The notes under the pieces are model-generated. The model made no database searches, was not told the DNA's origin, and saw only the letters and a program-made list of their open reading frames with translations. From NCBI GenBank assembly GCA_965219535.1, contig CBDCNV010000002.1:1860001-1892000 (forward strand): a stretch of 32,000 bases of DNA, given 5' to 3'. The translations under genes and the position numbers were made by a program. This DNA comes from Opitutales bacterium (GTDB lineage Bacteria; Verrucomicrobiota; Verrucomicrobiia; Opitutales; PNEW01). Shown piece by piece: positions 1 to 7,305 of the stretch. Numbering within the stretch: position 1 is the stretch's first letter; every line of letters starts with the position of its first letter.

Positions 1-187
1 ATAACTTCCTATAGACATTAATAAAAGAAAATCCTAAATGCTTCAAGAATTGATTATCATTTCTAGTCTTTCGATCGATTCGGAGCGCGGGAATGGGGTG
101 AAAATTCATAGTTAAACATTTCCCACTCTGTTCACTGCTAATGTCTTTTAAGATTAATGGATATTGTTTGCCAAGTGATCATTAAAT

Positions 188-273
188 TGGTGGTGGGAAC
201 AGGATTCGAACCTGTGAAGCGAAACCGCAGCAGATTTACAGTCTGCCCCCTTTGGCCGCTTGGGTATCCCACC
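188..273 (-). tRNA. tRNA-Tyr (anticodon GTA), long variable arm, CCA encoded
   Basis: Reverse complement reads GGTGGGA...CAGACTGTAAATCTG...GGTTCGAATCC...TCCCACC-A-CCA. It has a 7-bp acceptor stem, anticodon loop CT-GTA-AA, a canonical T-loop and a long extra arm typical of bacterial tRNA-Tyr. Confidence 0.9.
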
Positions 274-485
274 ATCAATAAATAAAAATTTGAAAATTGC
301 CTGTCCGAGGCAGAAATGCCAAGATTAATTTTGAATTATTTAATTGTGATAAGCTTTAATGATCAAAGCTATAGTGGAATACACAATATATAAATTTAAC
401 TCGCTTTATAGGTGAGATTAAGGCAACTTTCAAATCATTCTGATCATAATCTGAGCTCCTTATAACAGCTTCATTAGATCTAGTG

Positions 486-562
486 GCCGGCTTAGCTCAG
501 TTCGGTAGAGCATCCGCCTTGTAAGCGGACGGTCGCCAGTTCGAATCTGGCAGCCGGCTCCA
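486..562 (+). tRNA. tRNA-Thr (anticodon TGT), CCA encoded
   Basis: GCCGGCT-TA-GCTCAGTTCGGTAGAGC-A-TCCGC-CTTGTAA-GCGGA-CGGTC-GCCAGTTCGAATCTGGC-AGCCGGC-T-CCA. All four stems pair and the anticodon is TGT. Confidence 0.9.
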
Positions 563-648
563 TTTTCAATTAACCCGATTACGGTTGCCCGAAAAAGAAT
601 GTTGAATATTATAAACACTGGATTTTATGGGAGCTCTTTATCGCTTTA

Positions 649-722
649 TGCCTGGTGGTGTAATGGTAGCACGACAGACTCTGACTCTGTTTGTCTAGGT
701 TCGAATCCTAGCCGGGCATCCA
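649..722 (+). tRNA. tRNA-Gln (anticodon CTG), CCA encoded
   Basis: TGCCTGG...ACAGA-CTCTGAC-TCTGT...CTAGGTTCGAATCCTAG-CCGGGCA-T-CCA. It has the U1-A72 start typical of bacterial tRNA-Gln and anticodon CTG. Confidence 0.85.
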
Positions 723-1217
723 TGTTGAATACCAATAACTTACATATTTTTTAGTGGTGAGTTACAATTAAGCTTACAATAGTAACGTCGATAACGGGAA
801 ATATTTTCTTTCTCTTAATGACATCTTTAGAAAATATATTCTTACGCCAAAATCTGATTTAAATTACAACATTTAAAGTTAAAAATAGGTTTGTTTAATG
901 GTGAAGGTTTTCAATATCTATGGCTGTAAAACAAAGAATATGACAGAACTTTAAAAGGACTTTAATTTCAGTTTCTGTAAATTGTAAGAGTCGAGATGGA
1001 TTGAAAATTTGAGAATGATATACATTGCTAGCCAATTTTACCTCTTTTCTTATTCTTTTTAATTTTTTGTCTTCTGAATTGCCCGCTACCTAAAATCAAA
1101 AGAAAAAAGACGATGAACCACAATCTAAAGACAATGCAGAATCCGAATCGGGATTTGGAGAAGTTACTTTAAAGGCGCGAGTACGGTCTTTTGAAGATGG
1201 CGACAAAGAAAGGTACC

Positions 1218-1256
1218 ATTAATATTGCCTGGGAAGAAGACAGAGAGCGTAATTCA
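1218..1256. repeat. 39-nt repeat, copy 1 (ATTAATATTGC..GAAGAAGACAGAGAGCGT.ATTCA)
   Basis: About 33/39 identical to 3131-3169, including a 17-nt exact core AAGAAGACAGAGAGCGT. It lies immediately upstream of the IS1380-like remnant. Confidence 0.6.
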
Positions 1257-1510
1257 CGCATAACACGGTTGATAACTTTAAAACACAATCCCCCCAATAA
1301 CTTTTTAAATTACTTTTTTATTTTGTCTAACTTCATAAAGCTTTGGCTAGCATTGTATATCATTCCCAAAATATTCAACACGCTGGAACGGTTATGCTAT
1401 GAGGCTGAAGAACAACAGATTTTACAAAAACAGATCGCCCCTTTACTCACTCACCAAGTGGAGCGGCCCTCGCGAGCACCCCAAGAAGGCAGTGTAATTT
1501 TACTACCATT

Positions 1511-1708
1511 GTGGCATCAAAGAGTAGTGGATCAAAGGAGGGCAAAGATGCCATTCACTGGACCCGATTGTCCTGCCATGACTTTCAGCACAACGCCGTT
1601 TGGCTTGATCCCTTCGTCTTAGCCTACAAGCTGGGTAACTTCATGCGCCGGAAACAGAGGCAAAGATCTTTCCCTGGTTTTACCGAGCAAAGGGAAGATC
1701 AGCAATAA
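1511..1708 (+). pseudogene. Remnant of the C-terminal part of an IS1380-family (DDE group 1) transposase
   Basis: The translation HWTRLSCHDFQHNAVWLDPFVLAYKLGNFMRR resembles the conserved r.Sc..f.aN....l...AYnL.n..R block near the C-terminus of IS1380-type transposases, recalled from memory. No intact upstream ORF exists and neighbouring frames are broken. Confidence 0.3.
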
Positions 1709-1824
1709 TCGTTAAATACTGCCGATTTGATCATCAAATAGCGAAGAACAAGATTGCCAAATCACAATGAAATTAGAACATCACATCGACATATAAAAAA
1801 AATGCTATTTTTTGATGATTGTGA

Positions 1825-2952
1825 ATGTCATATGGAATATCTCAGATGAAACAAGCTATTCAAGATATATTCGAACTCGCTGACATCAAAATCAACGGAG
1901 ATCGGCCATGGGATATTCAAGTCCATGATCAGAGGCTATATAAAAGAATTTTGAAAAGAGGTTCTCTTGCATTGGGAGAAGCCTATATGGATGGGTGGTG
2001 GAGTTGTGACGCTTTGGACCAATTTTTTTATCAAATTGAAAGATCTGAATTAGACATAAAATTAAGTTCTCTCGTTCAGTTCTTCAAGAACTTGAAATAT
2101 AAATTGGCAAACATGCAGTCAGAAAAGCGATCGATCGAGGTGGCAAAAAAGCATTATGCCATGGGTAATGATCTTTTTGAGCTTATGCTCTCTAAAAATA
2201 TGCAATACACCTGTGCCTATTGGGAAGATACAGACAGCCTTGATCAGGCACAAATAAACAAAGCTCACCTTATTTGTAAAAAGATGCAGCTTAAACCGGA
2301 GATGGATGTGTTAGAATTAGGAGGGGGTTTTGGTACTTTGGCACGATTTATAGCTAAAGAATACAAATGTAATGTGGTAAGTTATAATATATCGAAAGAG
2401 CAGGTTAAATATGCAAGAAAAGCTTGCGAGGGATTACCGGTAACTATTGTAGAAGCAGATTACCGAGAAGCAACGGGCATCTATGATCGAGTGGTGAACG
2501 TAGGATTTTTTGAACATGTCGGATATAAAAACTATAAAACACTGATGGAACTGACTTATCGAAGCCTTAAAGATGAAGGGATCTTTCTTTTACATACGAT
2601 AGGAAGAAATACTTCTCTTTGGACACCGGGCAATCCCTGGATTCTTAAGTATATTTTTCCTCATGGGCATCTTCCCTCGATACAGCAAATTTCCAAAGCT
2701 GCTGAAGGTTTGTTCATAATGGAAGATTGGCATAATTTCGGACCGCATTACGATAAAACACTCATGGCATGGCATGAAAATTTTACCAAGAATTGGGATC
2801 AACTTAAGGACCGATATAACGAGAGATTTTATCGAATGTGGAATTACTATCTTTTGAAGTGTGCCGGTGCATTTCGGGCTCGCAGTATTAATTTATGGCA
2901 GGTAGTTTTCTCTAAGGGAGGTATTCCTGGAGGGTATGAATCAATACGATGA
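1825..2952 (+). CDS. cfa: Cyclopropane-fatty-acyl-phospholipid synthase
   Basis: 375 aa. The N-terminal block LKRGSLALGEAYMDGWW matches the E. coli Cfa motif LQEGSLGLGESYMDGWWEC. It has the SAM-binding VLELGGGFG motif and a C-terminal YYLLKCAGAFRAR block. Confidence 0.9.
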   Translation: MSYGISQMKQAIQDIFELADIKINGDRPWDIQVHDQRLYKRILKRGSLALGEAYMDGWWSCDALDQFFYQIERSELDIKLSSLVQFFKNLKYKLANMQSEKRSIEVAKKHYAMGNDLFELMLSKNMQYTCAYWEDTDSLDQAQINKAHLICKKMQLKPEMDVLELGGGFGTLARFIAKEYKCNVVSYNISKEQVKYARKACEGLPVTIVEADYREATGIYDRVVNVGFFEHVGYKNYKTLMELTYRSLKDEGIFLLHTIGRNTSLWTPGNPWILKYIFPHGHLPSIQQISKAAEGLFIMEDWHNFGPHYDKTLMAWHENFTKNWDQLKDRYNERFYRMWNYYLLKCAGAFRARSINLWQVVFSKGGIPGGYESIR

Positions 2953-3130
2953 TTTTAGACAGGGAATTTGAGAAAAGGAAGGAAGACCTGATCCAGTAGC
3001 TATTATCTGCAAGAAACCGCTCACGAGAATCATCATCCTATGCCTTTTTAAGAGTGATTTCAATAGACTTAAACATAATATATTGTTCATTCGAAATCTA
3101 AACGATTTTTAGTTTCAAAGGTATACCAAG

Positions 3131-3169
3131 ATTAATATTGCTATTGAAGAAGACAGAGAGCGTGATTCA
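3131..3169. repeat. 39-nt repeat, copy 2
   Basis: Matches 1218-1256. It ends 2 nt before the left end (TGGCGTGACC) of the decayed IS3 element. Confidence 0.6.
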
Positions 3170-3496
3170 GTGGCGTGACCGCCGAGGACTGGACCATTGC
3201 CAGAGAGAGTCTTTCCGTAAATAAGAACGGAAAGACGAATGAAACAGAAAAGACACAACGCCGAGCAGCTCATAGCAATCCTGCGCGAAGTAGACAGCGC
3301 CAGAGGTATTCAGGAAGTCTACCGTGAGCACAACATCAGTGCTCAAAACTACCATCGCTGGCGAAAAAAATATGGCAAGATGGACCTACGCAATGCGAGG
3401 CGGCTAAAGGAACATGAAGGCGAGAACACGGAACTGAAAAAGATGTTAGCCGAGCAGATGTTAAAGAATCGGGTATTGGAGGAAGTGAATAAAAAA

Positions 3497-3526
3497 TACC
3501 GAGTCGCATAGCGACGACATCTTCCA
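3497..3526 (+). repeat. Short TACCGAG-type insert (30-31 nt) inside the A-run frameshift site of the decayed IS
   Basis: The sequence AATAAAAAA[TACCGAGTCGCATAGCGACGACATCTTCCA]ATGGTAAGC corresponds to the uninterrupted TCAAAAAAATGGTGAGC in the other IS copy. It contains the small hairpin GTCGC-ATA-GCGAC. Confidence 0.7.
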
Positions 3527-4172
3527 ATGGTAAGCTCGTCTCATAAGCAAGAAGCGGTCAAGCATGTGGTAGCCCAGGGGTTTTGCTCGTTGCGTCAGGT
3601 CTGCAGGTATCTTGGGCTCCATCGCTGAACTTATCTCTACGAGTGCAAGCGAGAATCTTATGGTACTCAGACAATGGTGAGACGAATCATTAGACTTTCA
3701 AAGGTACATTCGCGTTATGGCTATCGTAGTATTCGTGCCCTAATGGACAAAGAGGGGTGGAAGGTAAGCCGTAAAATCGTGCAAAAAGTGCGAAGCGCTG
3801 AAGGGCTTGGAGTGAAAACCCTCTCGTCGCCGACAGAGACGACGAGGGCACTCTACTGGGCTCCCTACCCAAACAGTAAAGCCGAACCATGTATGGAGTT
3901 GGGATATTGTTGCCGAGCGCACCGATTGCGGAGGACAACTGCGGATGATGACTTTAATCGATGAGCATACTCGTCAATGCCTGGCCATAAAGGTATCTCG
4001 TTCGCTCAAAAGCAAAGACGTGGTGGAAGTCTTAGTCGAAGCTATTGAAGAGTATGGCAGACCCCAATGCATCCGCTCCGATAACGGTTCGCAGTTCGTA
4101 GCACAAAAAGTCAGAGAAGCACTCCTCAAGTGCCAGAACGACATTATCTACATCGACCCTGGCAGTGCTTGG

Positions 4173-4217
4173 CTACCGAGCGAAGCGACACCTCAACGAA
4201 CGATAGCGAGAATAACA
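4173..4217 (+). repeat. Short TACCGAG-type insert (45 nt, in frame, no stop) in the decayed orfB
   Basis: PGSAW[LPSEATPQRTIARIT]NGHVESFH corresponds to PGSPWQNGFIESFH in the other copy. The nucleotides are CTACCGAGCGAAGCGACACCTCAACGAACGATAGCGAGAATAACA. Confidence 0.7.
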
Positions 4218-4257
4218 AACGGCCATGTTGAATCCTTTCACAATCGACTGCGTGACG

Positions 4258-4294
4258 TACCGAGGAACGCAGTGACGACATAGCGAAGCACTCA
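4258..4294 (+). repeat. Short TACCGAG-type insert (about 37 nt) in the decayed orfB
   Basis: CGTGACG[TACCGAGGAACGCAGTGACGACATAGCGAAGCACTCA]TGCTTAAACCAGGAGTGG corresponds to RLRDECLNRE in the other copy. The insert introduces a TAG and a frame change. Confidence 0.7.
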
Positions 4295-4842
4295 TGCTTA
4301 AACCAGGAGTGGTCTCTAAGCGTTACCGAAGCGCGTGTTGTCATCCATGCGTGGAAGCAAAAATACAATACCTATCACCCTCATAGTCGTTTAGGCTTTC
4401 TCTGTCCCAACGCTTTTGCCAAACTCTGGCAGCAACTCAATCCAACAGGTGCTGGCTCCACTCGGCCTACGGCCTCCCTCCGCCAGCATCTGCTAAACCA
4501 ACAACAGACAACCCACGGAATGGCTCTCACTTAACTTGGTAGTAATTATGGGGTACAATCAATAAATATAATATGACAGTTATTCTTGAGCTGGAGTGAC
4601 CCCCAAAAATCGTATCATTTACAGAGAGAGGTTATCGGGATAAACAGATAACCTCAATGAAAAGAAAAAGATACACAACAGAACAGATTATAACAATATT
4701 GCGGCAAGCCGATACCGGTAAAACGGTACAGGAAATCTGCCGTGGAAACAACCTGAGCGAACAGACTTTCTATCGCTGGCGTAAAAAATATGGCAATTTA
4801 GAACTTGCCGATGCGAAGCGATTTAAAGAGCTGGAAAAAGAA

Positions 4843-4872
4843 TTCACGAGCGCAAGCGAGAAGGCCTGACAT
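4843..4872 (+). repeat. Short insert (30 nt; TTCACGAGCGCAAGCGAGAAGGCCTGACAT) in orfA of IS copy A
   Basis: It is absent from the paralog, which reads KEHEGENTELKKM. It has one in-frame TGA at 4867-4869. Positions 4846-4862 are 16/17 identical to 3639-3655 of the decayed paralog. Confidence 0.7.
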
Positions 4873-4937
4873 ACCGAGCTGAAGAAGCTGCTCGCAGATC
4901 AAATGCTCAAGAATCAGGTAATGGAGGAAACGCTGTC

Positions 4938-4944
4938 AAAAAAA
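4938..4944 (+). promoter_or_regulatory. Putative programmed -1 ribosomal frameshift site (A AAA AAA) joining orfA and orfB
   Basis: A run of seven A lies immediately before the orfA stop (TGG TGA). The orfB frame is -1 and its ATG overlaps the run. This arrangement is classical for the IS3 family. Confidence 0.6.
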
Positions 4945-5909
4945 TGGTGAGCCCAAAGCAGAAGAAACGAGTAGTAAAAGCTGCGGCTGAGAAAGGGTTG
5001 TGCTCGTTGCGGAGGGCTTGTGCTTATCTCAGCCTGAGTTGGTCAACGTTCAGTTACCGGCCCAAACAGGCCAGTGAGAAAGCTCAGCGGTTGGTCGAGC
5101 GGATTGTGAGCTTGTCCTGGAAACATCCCCGCTACGGTTACCGGCGCATCCGTGCCTTGCTGGTAAAGGAAGGCTGGACAACAAGCAGGAAGTTTGTCCA
5201 GGCGGTACGACGTTCAGAAGGGCTGCAGGTAAAGCCCCCGAAAAAGGGCAGACACCGTCAAGGAGTCTCTACGGGGTCACCTACTAAAGCAAAGGGTCGC
5301 AATCACGTTTGGTCCTGGGACTTTGTCCATGATCGTACAGACAACGGCGGTCCATTAAAGATGATGACTCTAATCGATGTACCGAGGAGCTGAAAGCGAC
5401 GACACTCAAGCGAAGCGAAGACATATACGCGTAAATGCCTGGATATCCGGGTCGCTCGTCAACTCACCTCAACCGATGTCCTCTCTGTGCTTAGCGAGGC
5501 CATTGAAGAGGAGGGACCTCCCAGCTATATCCGTAGTGACAACGGCAGTGAGTTCATTGCTCATCAAGTGCAGCAGTGGTTGTCCGGTAATAACATAAAG
5601 GCGATCTATATCGATCCGGGCAGTCCCTGGCAAAACGGTTTCATCGAGTCGTTTCACAACCGCTTACGCGATGAGTGTTTGAACCGTGAAGTGTTGCTCA
5701 GCGTGGCTGAAGCGCAAGTGGTAATCGAACAATGGCGTCAGACCTATAACCATGAACATCCCCACAGTCGTTTAGGCTTCAAAAGCCCACAAGAGTTTGT
5801 CAGATTCCTTTCCGATCTTGGCCGCGTTCGGGCTACGCCCTCACTTCGCCAAGATCTCTCATATACATCAATCCTAAAACCATTAACACCCGGTAACTCT
5901 CTCACTTAA
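4944..5909 (+). pseudogene. IS3-family transposase OrfB (rve/DDE integrase core), interrupted as read by an in-frame 45-nt insert carrying TGA
   Basis: Motifs RYGYRRIRALL, HVWSWDFV (first D), then MMTLID[VPRS*KRRHSSEAKT]YTRKCLDIRVARQLTSTDVLSVLSEAIEEEGPPSYIRSDNGSEF (second D) and NGFIESFHNRLRDE (E). The flanks at 5376 and 5424 are in the same frame. Confidence 0.7.
5379..5423 (+). repeat. Short TACCGAG-type insert (45 nt) in orfB of IS copy A
   Basis: The sequence is G-TACCGAGGAGCTGAAAGCGACGACACTCAAGCGAAGCGAAGAC-A. The paralog reads MMTLIDEHTRQCL without it. It has one in-frame TGA at 5391-5393. Confidence 0.75.
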
Positions 5910-6393
5910 ATTGGTACGAAAAACGGGGTCCGATCACACCTAGGGCTCTGGTAAACAACCAACTTGAGAAACAGTATGTTGACGGCTTAAGGGTTTTTCC
6001 CCAGATAAGCCGTGACCAAAAAGAAAATAAATAGCGTTTTCTTGAAACCAACCTGTATGCCTCTTCCGAACATCTGGCAAACAGTGGTAGTTTGCGGTAT
6101 AACCAATAACCCAACGGTTTATGTGCTGAGTATTGCTTAAATTTAAAAATGGCTTTCGCGCCAAAGAATACCTGGCCTTCAGTATCGATAAAGTGTATCG
6201 CCTCTTCGAAGTGTTCGCGGGGGATTTCGGAAAAACGATTGTCTAGATCCTGAAATGGCTGAATTTCAACAATATTATCAGTTTTAACCCGCCATCTAGC
6301 GATCCATCTACTGCAGAATTCGCATTCACCGTCATAGATAAGAATGGGGCGATTAAGGTGAAGATTAGATAATCTTGAATAATTAAATGTCAT
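5902..6393 (-). CDS. DCC-family thiol-disulfide oxidoreductase (DUF393), with its 3' end running into the IS
   Basis: The N-terminus ILIYDGECEFCSRWIARW carries the DUF393 CxxC signature. The last 11 codons and the stop (5902-5936) are encoded by the right end of IS copy A, so the native C-terminus is replaced. Confidence 0.7.
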   Translation of the reverse strand: MTFNYSRLSNLHLNRPILIYDGECEFCSRWIARWRVKTDNIVEIQPFQDLDNRFSEIPREHFEEAIHFIDTEGQVFFGAKAIFKFKQYSAHKPLGYWLYRKLPLFARCSEEAYRLVSRKRYLFSFWSRLIWGKTLKPSTYCFSSWLFTRALGVIGPRFSYQFK

Positions 6394-6479
6394 CGAGAAT
6401 TTTAGTTCCCTTTGGGTTTCAAGGGTTGTGATCTCTTAACTATGATCGAGTTTTATATGCTGATATAAATTAATTTAGC

Positions 6480-7178
6480 TTAAGTTTCAGCACGATGGAT
6501 AGCGACAATGGAAAAAGAAAGTGCCTGTGATTTTATATTCTTAAAACCCGCTTCAGCAATCTGTTCGCTAATTAATTTCTTAGTGGGAAAAGATTCAATA
6601 CTTCCTGCCAGGTAGTGGTAGGCTTCCGATTCACCCGTGATTAAATAAGCTAAAATTGGAAGAATATATTTTAAATATATTGAGTATAGAGGACGAAACC
6701 AAGGGTGAGTTTGAGTAAATTCAAGAATAAGTAATACGCCATTGGGTTTACTCAAAACCCTTCTCATTTCTCTCAAGCCTTTAGCCCGATCTTCCAGGTT
6801 GCGAAATCCAAATGCGATTGTCAGCGTGTCAACGCTATTATCCTCTAATGGTAGATGGAGTATGTCTCCCAGAATAAATTCTATATCTTGAAAATCTTTA
6901 TTTTGAGATTTTTTTTCAATCGCCTTTGCGAGCATTGGCTCACAGAAATCGATACCTTTTATCTTTACACTATGATCTAATTCTTTTTTTAAGGCAAAAG
7001 CGACATCACCGCTACCAGTAGCAAGATCCACGACTGATTTAGGGCTATTCGCTTTAACCTCTCTTACCAGTCTGCGTCGCCAATAATAATCGATGCCTAA
7101 GCTGAGGAGATGATTAGCTAAATCGTACCTCCCGGCTATACCGGCAAACATCTGTTTGATGTCAGGCCCTTTGGGCAT
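6480..7178 (-). CDS. ubiE: Demethylmenaquinone/ubiquinone C-methyltransferase (UbiE/MenG family)
   Basis: 232 aa. It has the N-terminal block MFAGIAGRYDLANHLLSLGIDYYWRR, the SAM motif DLATGSGDVAF and the block LEDNSVDTLTIAFGFRN. Confidence 0.85.
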   Translation of the reverse strand: MPKGPDIKQMFAGIAGRYDLANHLLSLGIDYYWRRRLVREVKANSPKSVVDLATGSGDVAFALKKELDHSVKIKGIDFCEPMLAKAIEKKSQNKDFQDIEFILGDILHLPLEDNSVDTLTIAFGFRNLEDRAKGLREMRRVLSKPNGVLLILEFTQTHPWFRPLYSIYLKYILPILAYLITGESEAYHYLAGSIESFPTKKLISEQIAEAGFKNIKSQALSFSIVAIHRAET

Positions 7179-7305
7179 CTTTGTTTTTGAGAATAAATGA
7201 GGTAAAGTAATTTATTGCCATCGCAATTATGGATTCACTGATTAGCGCTCTTGATGACCCTGCGAAGAACTAAATAATTACATTGAGATGAAGATTGCTT
7301 GTCCG

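Larger units (their letters stand above)
3239..4534 (+). pseudogene. IS3-family transposase orfA/orfB, inactivated
   Basis: The orfA-like part is MKQKRHNAEQLIAILREV...YHRWRKKYG (HTH). The orfB-like fragments contain RYGYRSIRALM, HVWSWDIV, IRSDNGSQF and NGHVESFHNRLRD (DDE/rve motifs). They are spread over several frames with internal stops. Confidence 0.8.
3171..4561 (+). mobile_element. Decayed IS3-family insertion sequence (paralog of the 4592-5936 element)
   Basis: The left end TGGCGTGACCGCC...CCAGAGAGAG parallels TGGAGTGACCCCC...ACAGAGAGAG of the intact-looking copy. The right end CTCTCACTTAACTTGGTAGTAATTATGGGGTACAATCA parallels CTCTCACTTAAATTGGTACGAAAAACGGGGTCCGATCA. The transposase frames are collinear with the other copy but carry a nonsense codon (3625-3627), a frameshift near 3800-3840 and three short inserts. 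Confidence 0.8.
4657..4950 (+). pseudogene. IS3-family transposase OrfA (HTH), interrupted as read by an in-frame 30-nt insert carrying TGA
   Basis: The translation is MKRKRYTTEQIITILRQADTGKTVQEICRGNNLSEQTFYRWRKKYG...KELEKE[FTSASEKA*H]TELKKLLADQMLKNQVMEETLSKKW*. The segment after the insert stays in the same frame. Confidence 0.7.
4592..5936 (+). mobile_element. IS3-family insertion sequence, copy A (1345 bp)
   Basis: The boundaries are the exact points where identity with the inverted copy at 19629-20973 starts and stops. The ends are TG...CA with imperfect inverted repeats (TGGAGTGACCCCCAAAAATCGTATCA versus the reverse complement TGATCGGACCCCGTTTTTCGTACCA). It has an orfA/orfB layout with an A7 slippery run. 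It is visibly more GC-rich than the flanks. Confidence 0.9.

Noticed and set aside
1191-1622. 143-aa ORF on the plus strand (MKMATKKGTINIAWEEDRERNS...)
   Set aside because: It runs through AT-rich non-coding DNA, the 39-nt repeat and the IS1380-like remnant in the wrong frame. It has a low-complexity hydrophobic stretch, no recognisable motif and no plausible ribosome-binding context. It is most likely a chance ORF across decayed sequence.
1681-1708. Another TACCGAG (TACCGAGCAAAGGGAAGATCAGCAATAA) at the end of the IS1380-like remnant, possibly a sixth insert
   Set aside because: Only the 7-mer and a vague purine-rich similarity are shared. A given 7-mer is expected about 4 times in 32 kb on both strands, and there is no paralog in the window to show an insertion.
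4867-5393. Whether the in-frame TGA codons in the IS inserts reflect an alternative genetic code or selenocysteine
   Set aside because: TGA clearly terminates well-conserved genes here: cfa at 2950-2952, hisS at 10683-10685 and the gspB-like gene at 18510-18512. I see no SECIS-like hairpin just downstream of either TGA.
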